Part shown: piece by piece, positions 1 through 9,730 of the stretch | How the letters are laid out: every line of letters starts with the position of its first letter | Position numbering within the stretch: the stretch's first letter is position 1 | Source of the DNA: a virus | Lineage: Duplodnaviria; Heunggongvirae; Uroviricota; Caudoviricetes | Virus record (IMG/VR): IMGVR_UViG_3300047554_000375 | Length of the DNA: 64,000 nt | Reading direction: 5' to 3' (one strand) | Made by a program: the position numbers and the translations under genes | The notes under the pieces: generated by a model | Told to the model about the DNA's origin: nothing | What the model saw: only the letters and a program-made list of their open reading frames with translations | Databases searched by the model: none

Positions 1-1
1 T

Positions 2-2059
2 AAGTATTTCACAGTATCTGGTGTGGTTGAACATCGTTCAGGTCTGGGTAATATTTCTGGTTCAACAATCATTTTGGATCACGATGCATCGACAACTAAT
101 GATTATTACAACGGAAATACAATTTCTATCATTCGTTCATCGACAAATCTAGAAGGTATTGGTGAGCAATATACAATCACCGATTATGTTGGTTCCACAA
201 AAACAGCAACACTATCTGGTACACCAGTCACAACTGGTATCGTGACATATAGTATTGGTACAAATAAAACTAATAAACTTGGACAAGTTGGTGGCGCATT
301 CTACATTCCTAAGGCAACATATCGTTCAGGTCAAAGAACTTTCCGTGTAACAGAATCTTTCAATAACACATATGATGCTGATGCCATTTCATATGCAGAT
401 AAAGTTTATGTTTCATCTGGTATCTCTGTAAATAAAACAAATCTTGTTGATACAGTTTTGAATGTTGATGTTGATTACAAAATTGTTGGTACACAAACTT
501 CAGACAGACTTGTTAACTCAAGACAAGTTGGAAGTGAAGTATTGTTTACATGGACAGTTGATCCATTAGCACAAACATTCTATGTTGATCCACAAGTTTA
601 TCCATATGGTATGTTCTTGTCTAGTGCGGACATTTTCTTCCGTGCGAAAGATGATGATAATGTTCCCGTGACAGTTCAGATTCGTCCTACTGTTAACGGC
701 GCACCATCATCAGATTACTGGTATCCAGAATCTGTTGTGACTAAGTATCCTTCAGAAATTAATATTTCCGAATCTCCTAATATCACAGATTCTTCAACCT
801 ATACAAGATTCACTTTTGATTTCCCTGTTTATTTGAAGCCAGGTCTTTATGCTATTGTTGTATTGACTGATTCTCCAGAATATACAGTATGGGAAGCGGA
901 AAAAGGTGGAACAACAACAAACAATGAATTCGTTGCAAATCAGCCATATCTCGGAACACTATACAAGTCACAGAATACCATGGAATATGTTCCATTCTTG
1001 AACGAAGACTTGATGTTTAAATTGAATCGTTGTGTGTTCTCACAATCAGTAGCGAATTTCTCATTGCAAAGTGAGCAACTAACATCGTCAATCAATGTTG
1101 ATAAAATCCGTTATTTGGAAAATTCAATTATTCCATCTGATACAATTACAAGATTGTCTCACAGTATTGCTGGAACAACATCACTTGGTGCAAAAGAAGC
1201 AACATTCCGTGCAATATCTCCTCATCAGATTTATTCATATGGTGAAGATGATTTGTATCAAGTTGGTTATCGTAGAAAGAAACTTGGCAATCAGAATGAC
1301 TTTACAGTTAATCTGCAAATGTCTACAACAAGTGATGCAGTTTCTCCAATCGTTTCTTTGGAAAGTACATTCTTGAATGTGTGGGAAAATTATGTTGATA
1401 ATGCAGAGATTAATGCTGAAGACTTCACCATTATTGCTCCTGGCTCAGGCTATAGTAACGCCAATACAATCACAGTTACAAGCGCACTAGGAACTGGTGC
1501 TAACGCTAATGTCCGTGTTGATGCTAATGGTAATGTAATCGGTATCTTCGTAACATCTGGCGGTTCTGGTTACTTGGATGATTTTGATATATCATATTAT
1601 ACACATCCTTCAACACCGGCAACAATTGTGTTGAATAGTGAATATGATTCTTCAGGTGGTCCATGTCTAGCCCGTTATATCACTAAGCCAATCAAGTTGG
1701 CTGACGGATATGATGCAGGTGACTTGCGTGTATTCTTGGGTGCTAATAAACCAGGATCTTCCGAAGTATCAGTATTCTATAAAGTTTTGGCAGATGGCGA
1801 CAAAGATAATTTTAATGATAGACCATATCAGAAAATGGTGTGTATCAATTCAACAACTACACCATCTTTGGATGATTCTTTCCGTGAGTATGAATACCGT
1901 CCTTCAGCAACACTCAACCAAGTGACATACACATCGAGCAACGGTGTTACATATGACACATTCAAGACTTTTGCTATTAAGATTGTTCTAACCTCGAGTG
2001 ATCCATCGGTTGTTCCTTCAGTTAAAGATTTGCGTATTATCGCAACACCAGCAGAATGA
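2..2059 (+). CDS. Large baseplate/virion structural protein, C-terminal part (DUF4815/VrlC-like); 5' end lies upstream of the window
   Basis: Frame is open from position 2 (KYFTVSG precedes the called GTG). Contains DPLAQTF, DIFF, WYPESVV and a C-terminal FKTFAIKIVL...VKDLRIIA motif as in large structural proteins of T4-like cyano/freshwater phages. Confidence 0.65.
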   Translation, partial: KYFTVSGVVEHRSGLGNISGSTIILDHDASTTNDYYNGNTISIIRSSTNLEGIGEQYTITDYVGSTKTATLSGTPVTTGIVTYSIGTNKTNKLGQVGGAFYIPKATYRSGQRTFRVTESFNNTYDADAISYADKVYVSSGISVNKTNLVDTVLNVDVDYKIVGTQTSDRLVNSRQVGSEVLFTWTVDPLAQTFYVDPQVYPYGMFLSSADIFFRAKDDDNVPVTVQIRPTVNGAPSSDYWYPESVVTKYPSEINISESPNITDSSTYTRFTFDFPVYLKPGLYAIVVLTDSPEYTVWEAEKGGTTTNNEFVANQPYLGTLYKSQNTMEYVPFLNEDLMFKLNRCVFSQSVANFSLQSEQLTSSINVDKIRYLENSIIPSDTITRLSHSIAGTTSLGAKEATFRAISPHQIYSYGEDDLYQVGYRRKKLGNQNDFTVNLQMSTTSDAVSPIVSLESTFLNVWENYVDNAEINAEDFTIIAPGSGYSNANTITVTSALGTGANANVRVDANGNVIGIFVTSGGSGYLDDFDISYYTHPSTPATIVLNSEYDSSGGPCLARYITKPIKLADGYDAGDLRVFLGANKPGSSEVSVFYKVLADGDKDNFNDRPYQKMVCINSTTTPSLDDSFREYEYRPSATLNQVTYTSSNGVTYDTFKTFAIKIVLTSSDPSVVPSVKDLRIIATPAE

Positions 2060-2295
2060 CACAATATCTAAAGGTCGAAGGAACCAACTTCGTTAAAGAT
2101 ACTAAAACGGGTGCCCTGTTGATGACGGGGCGTTCGTCTTTGGTTGAAAATGAGGCGAGAAAAAAATTGGTACAAAGATTAAATGGTAAAAACGATGAGA
2201 TAAATAACTTGAAATCACAGGTTGATAGTCTATCGTCAGATATGCAAGAAATCAAATCTCTATTAACCCAATTGTTGAAACAGAGTAAAGAATAA
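2056..2295 (+). CDS. Small conserved hypothetical protein with C-terminal coiled coil
   Basis: ATGA overlap with upstream gene; KVEG..FVKD..TGALL N-terminus and heptad C-terminus typical of this position in T4-like phages. Confidence 0.6.
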   Translation: MTQYLKVEGTNFVKDTKTGALLMTGRSSLVENEARKKLVQRLNGKNDEINNLKSQVDSLSSDMQEIKSLLTQLLKQSKE

Positions 2296-5288
2296 TGTCG
2301 ATTAATAATATCACAAGAACAAACACTATTGATGAATGGCGCATTCAAACCAACCAGTCTGCTGGTGAGTTGAATAAACTTGAAACTGGCAATTACACAA
2401 AAACTGCTGGCTCATTGAGAATGGAAGGTTCAGCCAACGTTGTAATTGATGCCCAAGGCACATCACTTCAAGTTACTAACACAGCACTATTCAGTACGAA
2501 CGTTACTGTTGGTAGAGAAATTTCTCTTGGTTCAATCCAGACTGCAACAGGAAATCTTGGTGTTGGTGGAGTAGTTTCCATATATGGTCCGAACACAGCA
2601 CTATATGTTGCTAATAATGTTGTTTCTAATGGTAGTGTTATAGTAAAAAATAATATTGTTGCTAACAATTTAACAGTAAATTCTAATACTGTTATTGTTG
2701 GAACAGCAAACCTTGGCTACTTGGGTGTGGCTAATTCTGGTGTTTTCGGTAAGAATGTTTCTGTAGGAACAACATTATCTGTTACTGGTAATACCACTGT
2801 TGGTAACTTGACAACAGCGAACATGGTTTATGCTGGCACATTGAGAACTGAGGGTAGAACTGATATTGGTGGTATTCTCCATGTTGTTGATAATGGTACC
2901 TTCGATAACGATTTATCTGTTGCTGGTGATTTGAGTGTTGATGGTAATTTCACACTAACTGGCGATATCGTTTACGACACAGACATTCTTGTTTTGAGCG
3001 CGGCAACTCCTGTTACAGCAGGCTATGCTTATATCGGTATCAATCGTGGTAATACTACAACAACACTAGGTACTGTAAATGCCAACGCATATATTCGTTG
3101 GACAGAAACAGATAAGATTTGGCAGATTCGTGATGTTGATAATCCAGATTCAACAAACGCATTCTCAAGAATTTTGACTGCAAACTTGACAACCACAAGT
3201 TTAACATCAACATCAAACACAACATTCCCATCAACTTGGGTGACCAAAAACTATGCAGACAACAGCACCATTGGTCCATATCTAAAAGCAAACGCCGCTT
3301 TTGCCGTTGCTAATGCCGCATCAAACACATTTGTTGGAACAGATGGTTCAACAGCAATTTCATCAAATGGTGCAATATCATTCAGTAGTGGTAATGGTCT
3401 AGTAATCAAAGGAAGTGCAAACACAATTACTGTTAACACTTCACAAGATTTAAGAACAACAGCATCACCAACTTTTGCTGGATTAACATTAACTGCACCT
3501 TTAGCGATTACTGAAGGTGGTACAGGTGCTCAGTCTGCTGGCGGTGCTCTGACAGCATTGTTGCCATCAGGTACTACAGCAGGTTATGTTTTAACTACAG
3601 GTGGTCCAGGTAACTTCTATTGGGCAGCAGGTGGTGGTGGATCAGGTGGTAGTGCTATTCCTGGCACAACAATCAACACATCTCGTTTGACATACACAGC
3701 GAGTGCTGGTCAAAACACATTCTCTGCACCAGTATTTACTGCTGGTTCAGGTCAATTAAAGTTGTTCATCAACGGTGTTCGTCAACACTCAGACTTTACA
3801 GAAACAACAACAACACTAAGCACAGTTTCATGTACTGGTTCAGCAGGTCAATTTAGTTGTGCATCAACAACATTAGCACTTGGTCAAGCGATTGTTATTA
3901 CTGGAGCACTTGCAGGAACTGCAACAATCAGCCAGTATTATACAGGCAAAACATACTATGTTATTGCGACAAACGGCACAACAACATTCACATTATCTGA
4001 AGCATCTGGCGGACCAGCGATAACAACAACATCTGGTTCAATCACAGGTCTATCATTCACAACTGGTCACAGAGTTGTATTGGATACTGTCACAGCAACA
4101 AATGATTTGGTAATGGTTGAAGTGGACGGTTATTCAGTTCGTCCATACTACGCAAATAATATTGCATTTACACCAACCGGCAATATTCCAGCATCTTCGA
4201 ATACCATTCAGTTGGGTATGGAAAGTCTTGAATCTAGAAAAGCAAACTTGTCTGGTGCCGTATTTACTGGCGGTATTTCAGCAATTGCGCCAACAACAAT
4301 AGACTCAAGCACAAACATTCCAACAACAGCGTGGGTTAAAGGTTTATTGAATACTACATCATACACATTCGCATCAAGCATATCTGGCACAGCGGCAAAT
4401 GCTTCTGCATTGAGTAACTTGGTAATTCATACCGGCAGAAACAACGAAGCAAACAAAGTTGTGAGAACTGACGCTAGTGGCTATCTACAAACTGGTTATA
4501 TCAATTCATCTTCAGGTGATGAGGGTAACAATTCAAATCCAACAAGAGTTTGGGGAACAAACGGTTCAGATAGTTATTTGAGAACATACTTAACAAGTGC
4601 ATTAAGTGTTAATTATGCGGCCAGCGCAGGAAGTGTTGCTTGGACGAATGTAAGCAGTAGACCAACGGCTGTTTCTCAATTCACAAACGATTCTGGTTAT
4701 CAAACATCTTACGGATCAGTAGCATATGCAACGAGAGCAGGTCGTTTAGATAGTTCATATGTTTATACATTAGATAATTCAGGATTTTTCTCATCGAAAG
4801 AGGCTGTTACTGGAGGTTGGCAACACGACTATTATGGCGGTGGCATAGGTATGCAAGATTCGTCTTGGGTCAGAATATATGGCTCAAAAGGTTTTTATGT
4901 TGATAATCAGATTTTAGCCACAAGTAACATCACAGCATACTATTCAGATGAAAGATTGAAGGAAAGATTAGGAAATATTACGGGAGCACTCGATTCTGTA
5001 ATGAAACTAAACGGCTTCAGATATGTCAATAATGAATTGGCAAAACAGAATGGATACACAAGTGATGAGGTTCAACTCGGTCTAAGTGCCCAAGAAGTTG
5101 AAGCACTATATCCAGAAATTGTCACATTAGCGCCATTCGATATGAAACCATTGGAAGATGGAACAATTGTTTCTGAATCTGGTGAAAATTACAAAACTTT
5201 AGATTATTCAAAATTGGTTCCTGTTTTGGTTGAAGCGATTAAAGAATTGAAGGCTGAAATTGAAGAGTTAAAAGGACAAATTAAATGA
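2295..5288 (+). CDS. Tail fibre protein with C-terminal intramolecular chaperone (Peptidase S74) domain
   Basis: 997 aa, T/S/G/N rich; N-terminal TNTIDEWRIQTN fibre anchor; C-terminal NITAYYSDERLK...GLSAQEVE..YPEIV...YSKLVPVLVEAIKEL S74 signature. Confidence 0.85.
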   Translation: MSINNITRTNTIDEWRIQTNQSAGELNKLETGNYTKTAGSLRMEGSANVVIDAQGTSLQVTNTALFSTNVTVGREISLGSIQTATGNLGVGGVVSIYGPNTALYVANNVVSNGSVIVKNNIVANNLTVNSNTVIVGTANLGYLGVANSGVFGKNVSVGTTLSVTGNTTVGNLTTANMVYAGTLRTEGRTDIGGILHVVDNGTFDNDLSVAGDLSVDGNFTLTGDIVYDTDILVLSAATPVTAGYAYIGINRGNTTTTLGTVNANAYIRWTETDKIWQIRDVDNPDSTNAFSRILTANLTTTSLTSTSNTTFPSTWVTKNYADNSTIGPYLKANAAFAVANAASNTFVGTDGSTAISSNGAISFSSGNGLVIKGSANTITVNTSQDLRTTASPTFAGLTLTAPLAITEGGTGAQSAGGALTALLPSGTTAGYVLTTGGPGNFYWAAGGGGSGGSAIPGTTINTSRLTYTASAGQNTFSAPVFTAGSGQLKLFINGVRQHSDFTETTTTLSTVSCTGSAGQFSCASTTLALGQAIVITGALAGTATISQYYTGKTYYVIATNGTTTFTLSEASGGPAITTTSGSITGLSFTTGHRVVLDTVTATNDLVMVEVDGYSVRPYYANNIAFTPTGNIPASSNTIQLGMESLESRKANLSGAVFTGGISAIAPTTIDSSTNIPTTAWVKGLLNTTSYTFASSISGTAANASALSNLVIHTGRNNEANKVVRTDASGYLQTGYINSSSGDEGNNSNPTRVWGTNGSDSYLRTYLTSALSVNYAASAGSVAWTNVSSRPTAVSQFTNDSGYQTSYGSVAYATRAGRLDSSYVYTLDNSGFFSSKEAVTGGWQHDYYGGGIGMQDSSWVRIYGSKGFYVDNQILATSNITAYYSDERLKERLGNITGALDSVMKLNGFRYVNNELAKQNGYTSDEVQLGLSAQEVEALYPEIVTLAPFDMKPLEDGTIVSESGENYKTLDYSKLVPVLVEAIKELKAEIEELKGQIK

Positions 5289-6082
5289 CAACGAAGATTA
5301 GACCTTCAACTTTAGAAGATACAACAGTTTCTGCTGGTACATATGGTAGTAGTAACACCATTGTTGGTGTGTATACTGTAGATGCTCAGGGTAGAATAAC
5401 ATATGCGGCAAACGCAACAATTCGTTCCGCAACAACTTCACAGACTGGTGTTGTTCAACTAACAGATTCCGTTTCTAGCACAAGCACATCAACAGCGGCT
5501 ACTCCAAACTCTGTTAAAACAGTAAACGATTCACTCACAACGGAAATAACAGACAGACAGGCAAACGTTGGTGCGGCGGTGATTTCCACAACAAGTGCAT
5601 ATCAAGCGAACGTTGGTGCGGCTGTAATTTCCACAACAAGTGCATATCAAGCGAATACAGGTGCCGCCCTTATTGCTGCCAAATCATATACAACATCACA
5701 AGGATATCTAACATCCGTTGGGACAAGTAATATAACAAATGCAGCCGTGACTGCGGCGAAGTTGAGTGGCGCACAGAGTGGATCAGCACCAGTTTTTGGT
5801 GTTCGTGCATGGGCGAACTTTGCAGGTGATGGATCAAATGGAGCGTGTGTAGTCAACGCAAGTGGAAACATTTCTGGTGTTGTGAAGAATGGTACTGGCG
5901 ATTATACAGTATCATTTACGACTGCTATGGATGATGCAAACTATGCGATTAGTGTATTTGCTAGTTCTCTATATTCAAGAACAGTAATTTCATCACAGAC
6001 TGCTAGTTCTTTTAGATTCTCAATTGCAAATCCTACAGATAATATAAATTCCACCAGTGTTCAAATTATGGTAATACGATAA
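5285..6082 (+). CDS. Tail fibre protein with phage fibre repeat
   Basis: ATTSQTGVVQLTDSVSSTSTSTAATPNSVK fibre repeat; C-terminal VRAWANF...NISGVVKNGTGDYTVSF domain. Confidence 0.75.
   Translation: MTTKIRPSTLEDTTVSAGTYGSSNTIVGVYTVDAQGRITYAANATIRSATTSQTGVVQLTDSVSSTSTSTAATPNSVKTVNDSLTTEITDRQANVGAAVISTTSAYQANVGAAVISTTSAYQANTGAALIAAKSYTTSQGYLTSVGTSNITNAAVTAAKLSGAQSGSAPVFGVRAWANFAGDGSNGACVVNASGNISGVVKNGTGDYTVSFTTAMDDANYAISVFASSLYSRTVISSQTASSFRFSIANPTDNINSTSVQIMVIR
5564..5653 (+). repeat. 45-nt in-frame tandem duplication (NVGAAVISTTSAYQA x2)
   Basis: Units 5564-5608 and 5609-5653 differ at 2 of 45 positions. Confidence 0.9.
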
Positions 6083-6096
6083 TACAGGTAATTAAA

Positions 6097-6104
6097 CATA
6101 AATA
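6097..6104 (+). promoter_or_regulatory. T4-type late promoter variant CATAAATA
   Basis: Near match to TATAAATA just upstream of ORF 6109; the same CATAAATA recurs at 9701, 14061 and 31621, each in an intergenic position. Confidence 0.6.
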
Positions 6105-6108
6105 AACC

Positions 6109-6441
6109 ATGGCAGCATTTTCCGAATTAGTCATAGAACAAGGCGCAACATTCTCTTCATTGGTCAATGTTGCCGATTCATATGGCTCCGCAATAAATCT
6201 CTACGCATATACCGCTAATTCGCAAATGCGTAAATCGTATTATTCTTCAACAGCATATACAATTACATGTAATATCACAGGAAATGCCAACGGAGAAATT
6301 ACGATTTCCATGCCAGCCGCAAATACTGCCAATCTATCCGCTGGTCGTTATGTGTATGATTTGAAGATTACATCACCATCGAATGTTGTAACCAGAGTTG
6401 TTGAAGGAATTGTGACAGTATTGCCATCCGCTACGAGGTAA
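6109..6441 (+). CDS. Conserved virion-associated protein (BppU-N-like beta domain)
   Basis: LVIEQGATF...GEITISM..A.TANLSAGRYVYDL...VTRVVEGIVTV pattern. Confidence 0.6.
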   Translation: MAAFSELVIEQGATFSSLVNVADSYGSAINLYAYTANSQMRKSYYSSTAYTITCNITGNANGEITISMPAANTANLSAGRYVYDLKITSPSNVVTRVVEGIVTVLPSATR

Positions 6442-6444
6442 TAA

Positions 6445-6702
6445 ATGGTCACAGCACGAATAACAAATAGAGGTGTTGTGGGTAAAGTCTCGGTAACTGC
6501 TCCACCGAGAACCACAATCGCTGACCCAAAATTTAAACCGAAACCAAACGTTGCAATCAGTGAGGTTGTTGGTGTCGATGTTGTCTCCCGCCAAGAGGAT
6601 GGTGACATTTTGACATTCAATGCAGTCACCGGATTGTGGGAATCCCAACAAATCCAGAACGTTAATGTTAATGTGAAAAACATTAATGGCGGTTTCTTCT
6701 AA
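6445..6702 (+). CDS. Small hypothetical fibre-associated protein ending in GGFF
   Basis: In-operon ORF; DGDILTFNAVTGLWE fibre-type motif. Confidence 0.55.
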   Translation: MVTARITNRGVVGKVSVTAPPRTTIADPKFKPKPNVAISEVVGVDVVSRQEDGDILTFNAVTGLWESQQIQNVNVNVKNINGGFF

Positions 6703-6741
6703 ACTAAATAGATTAATAATAAGATTCCCTAAGGAACATAA

Positions 6742-8034
6742 ATGGCAAATACAGTAATTCAACTAAAATATTCAAGTGCAACCAGCAAACCGCCAACGCT
6801 AAACGTTGCCGAACCTGCTTATTCCAGCGTTTCGGGCGTATTGTGGATTGACGATGGTACGGGTGTTGTGCCTATTGGTGGTAAATCGTATACCAGCAAG
6901 ATTGACAATTCAACACCGACCAATACTGCAAACACATTAGTGTTGCGTGACTTGTCTGGCGATTTTGCGGCTAGAACAATCACAGCAAACTTGGTAGGTA
7001 AGTTTGCGAATGCACGAACAATTACATTGTCTGGCGAAGTTGACGGTTCAGTGAGTTTCGATGGTTCACAAGATGTGACAATCACAACCGAACTTGCTAA
7101 TACCACAGTTTCTGCTGGTGTATATGGTGGTGCCACACAAGTTCCTACATTCACAGTTGATGAAGATGGTCGTTTGACATATGCCGCAAACGTATCTGTT
7201 GCCACATCGTTGGCTTTTGCGGCCGATTCTGGTACAGGATCATTGGCTATTCTAACAGAAACATTGACTATCACTGGCGGTGATGGTATCAGTTCAGTTG
7301 CAGTCGATGCGAACAACACAGTTATCCTTGATGTTGATAGCACAGTTGTTAAGACTGACCGTGCATCACAAACAATCAACGGTGACATTGCTATTACTGG
7401 TAACTTGGTTATCTCTGGTAACACTATCACACAAGATGTGTCCACTGTTGTAACTGAAGACACCTTGCTAAAACTTGGTGCAAATAACATAAGTGATGCA
7501 GTTGACATTGGTTTCTATGGTCAATACACAAACGGTGGAACAAAGTATGCTGGTTTGGTGCGTGACGCAACCGACGGTGTGTTCAAGTTGTTTGTTGGCG
7601 AAACTACTGATCCAACAGATAACGTTGTTACATATGGTTCAGAAAATCGTGCGACATTGGATGCAGACTTTACCGGTGGTAATGTTTCTTCATTGTTCAG
7701 TGCTATTTCTGTAACAGATGGTGGTACAGGATTCCGTACAGCCAATACTGGCGATATCATCTACGGTACTGGCACAAACACTCTTGGTAAGTTGTTGAAG
7801 CCTAGCGCCAACTCTTTCTTGAAGATGACTGGTGATGGTGAACCACTATGGGTCGACACAATCGCAGTTGAAGATGGCGGTACAGGTAACACAGCATTCA
7901 CCGCTAACCATGTTATCATCGGTAACGGAACAGGCGCTTTGACTACTGTTGGTTCTTCTACCGAAGGTCACTTGTTAACAATTAATGCATCAGGAGCACC
8001 TACATTCCAACATTTGAATGGTGGATCATTCTAA
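6742..8034 (+). CDS. Tail fibre-like protein
   Basis: MANTVIQLK N-terminus, ARTITLSGEVDGSVSFDGSQDVTITT repeat, AGLVRDATDG module, DGGTG repeats. Confidence 0.75.
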   Translation: MANTVIQLKYSSATSKPPTLNVAEPAYSSVSGVLWIDDGTGVVPIGGKSYTSKIDNSTPTNTANTLVLRDLSGDFAARTITANLVGKFANARTITLSGEVDGSVSFDGSQDVTITTELANTTVSAGVYGGATQVPTFTVDEDGRLTYAANVSVATSLAFAADSGTGSLAILTETLTITGGDGISSVAVDANNTVILDVDSTVVKTDRASQTINGDIAITGNLVISGNTITQDVSTVVTEDTLLKLGANNISDAVDIGFYGQYTNGGTKYAGLVRDATDGVFKLFVGETTDPTDNVVTYGSENRATLDADFTGGNVSSLFSAISVTDGGTGFRTANTGDIIYGTGTNTLGKLLKPSANSFLKMTGDGEPLWVDTIAVEDGGTGNTAFTANHVIIGNGTGALTTVGSSTEGHLLTINASGAPTFQHLNGGSF

Positions 8035-8058
8035 TATAATTTTGAAAGAGAGTTTGTA

Positions 8059-8562
8059 ATGGATGTGAGATTACAAAATGCGTATGTTGAAGTTTTGCTT
8101 GATAACTTCGTTTCGGTTATCAAGCAAAACATTATGTTCCAGGCACAACTGGAAGTGATGAATAAAAATGTTAATGAAGCGGATGAAACAAAGCGTAAGA
8201 TTGCTGAGTTGTCTGCCAGTAACATCGAGTTGCAGAAACTTGTGGATAATTTAACTGGTGAAAACAATACATTGAAAACCAATGTAGACAATTCACAATT
8301 ACATGTTGCTACTGCTAATAGCATTCGTGAAGAAAAAGCACGATTGCAAGCAGCCGTTAACGATTATATGAAACAAAATAAAACATTGACTACAGATTTG
8401 GCGAAGTTTAAGTCTGAGGTTGAAGAGCAAAATAAATATATTGCAAAACTAGAAGAGTTAGTACCACTTAACAAATTGCGTAAATTAAGAAAAGTTGATA
8501 TTACAGAGTTTGTTGAGAAAGCACCAGAGATTGATAATGTCAAATCTGGAGGAACATTTTAA
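8059..8562 (+). CDS. Coiled-coil hypothetical protein
   Basis: Long heptad-rich helical sequence with AGAGAG-like SD; sits within the fibre operon. Confidence 0.6.
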   Translation: MDVRLQNAYVEVLLDNFVSVIKQNIMFQAQLEVMNKNVNEADETKRKIAELSASNIELQKLVDNLTGENNTLKTNVDNSQLHVATANSIREEKARLQAAVNDYMKQNKTLTTDLAKFKSEVEEQNKYIAKLEELVPLNKLRKLRKVDITEFVEKAPEIDNVKSGGTF

Positions 8563-8568
8563 AAGTAG

Positions 8569-9705
8569 ATGGCAAATACAGTAATTCAAATCAAAGGTTC
8601 TGGTGTAACAGGAAATGTACCATCTACATTACAACCAGGTGAACTTGCTATTAACTATGTTGATGGCAAGTTGTTCTATGGTAACCAATTTAACACCACA
8701 ACACTTTTTGATGTAATTACTGAACCATCAGGTTTAAATGGTGAACTACAATTTAATGACAGTGGTTCATTCGGCGCTACCGCTAATGTAAGATATGATG
8801 AATTGAGTGGCGAATTTATCGTCACACATGCGGTAGTTGCTGGTCAAAACTTGGAAGGAACATTCGCTGAAGTTGATGCACTTCAATCAGAAACTTCCAA
8901 TCTTTCAATACAAAAAGTTAATAGAGCCGGCGATGTGATGACCGGTGATTTGGTACTTACACAAAATGTTCGTGCCAATAAGATAATTGCGAACACAGAA
9001 TTCTTTGCTGGTATTGCAACAGAATCTGCTACATTACTACCAAATGTAATTGCACAGTTCACAAGTAACTCTACAACATACACTCAAGTTAACCAACAAA
9101 ATATTAATGAATTTGGTACAGCAGATTTTGTATTAACAGCCGATGTTGGTAATGATACCGATTTCTATGTTGATGTTGGTATTATCAACTCACAGTATGA
9201 TAATCAATCACCGAACAATGGTTTAGGTACGGCTGCATTTCCACTTGATGGTTACATGTATGTGCAAGGCAGTACAATCAATCAGATTGGTGGTAATCTT
9301 ATTATTGGTACAACATCTACCAGTGCTCCAACAGAATTGCGTATTATTGTTGGTGGTGTCAACAATGAAAATGTTGTTGCAAGATTCACATCTACAGGAT
9401 TAAATGTTGTTGGTGAAATTACAAGTCCAACAACAACAAGAATTTACAATCAAGCGAACTCGGCATTCAGTCGAGCAAATACAGCATATGATTATGCACA
9501 AGCCGCCTTTGATGCCGCTAATAATTCCACATCAGGAACAAGTGCAGATTATTTTCCAAGAGGAGACTATGGATATTTGACAAGTTCAATGTATGCTCTC
9601 ACAGGATTTACCGCTGAATTGATTGGAGAAATATATGATATGCGTAATGAACCTATTATTCCAGCAGGTTACGATTTGGATATCGACCTAGGTTACCTCG
9701 CATAA
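8569..9705 (+). CDS. Tail fibre-like protein
   Basis: MANTVIQIKGS...PSTLQPGELAINYVDGKLFY N-terminus paralogous to the 6742 gene; short AF..AN heptad stalk. Confidence 0.7.
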   Translation: MANTVIQIKGSGVTGNVPSTLQPGELAINYVDGKLFYGNQFNTTTLFDVITEPSGLNGELQFNDSGSFGATANVRYDELSGEFIVTHAVVAGQNLEGTFAEVDALQSETSNLSIQKVNRAGDVMTGDLVLTQNVRANKIIANTEFFAGIATESATLLPNVIAQFTSNSTTYTQVNQQNINEFGTADFVLTADVGNDTDFYVDVGIINSQYDNQSPNNGLGTAAFPLDGYMYVQGSTINQIGGNLIIGTTSTSAPTELRIIVGGVNNENVVARFTSTGLNVVGEITSPTTTRIYNQANSAFSRANTAYDYAQAAFDAANNSTSGTSADYFPRGDYGYLTSSMYALTGFTAELIGEIYDMRNEPIIPAGYDLDIDLGYLA

Positions 9706-9730
9706 ATACAGAGAAATTAAGGATTTATAA

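Noticed and set aside
6819-7508. Long minus-strand ORFs (this 229-aa one; also 52232-52750, 48839-49294, 37983-38390 and others)
   Set aside because: They are antisense shadows of well-supported + strand genes, lack SD/promoters and show no recognisable motifs
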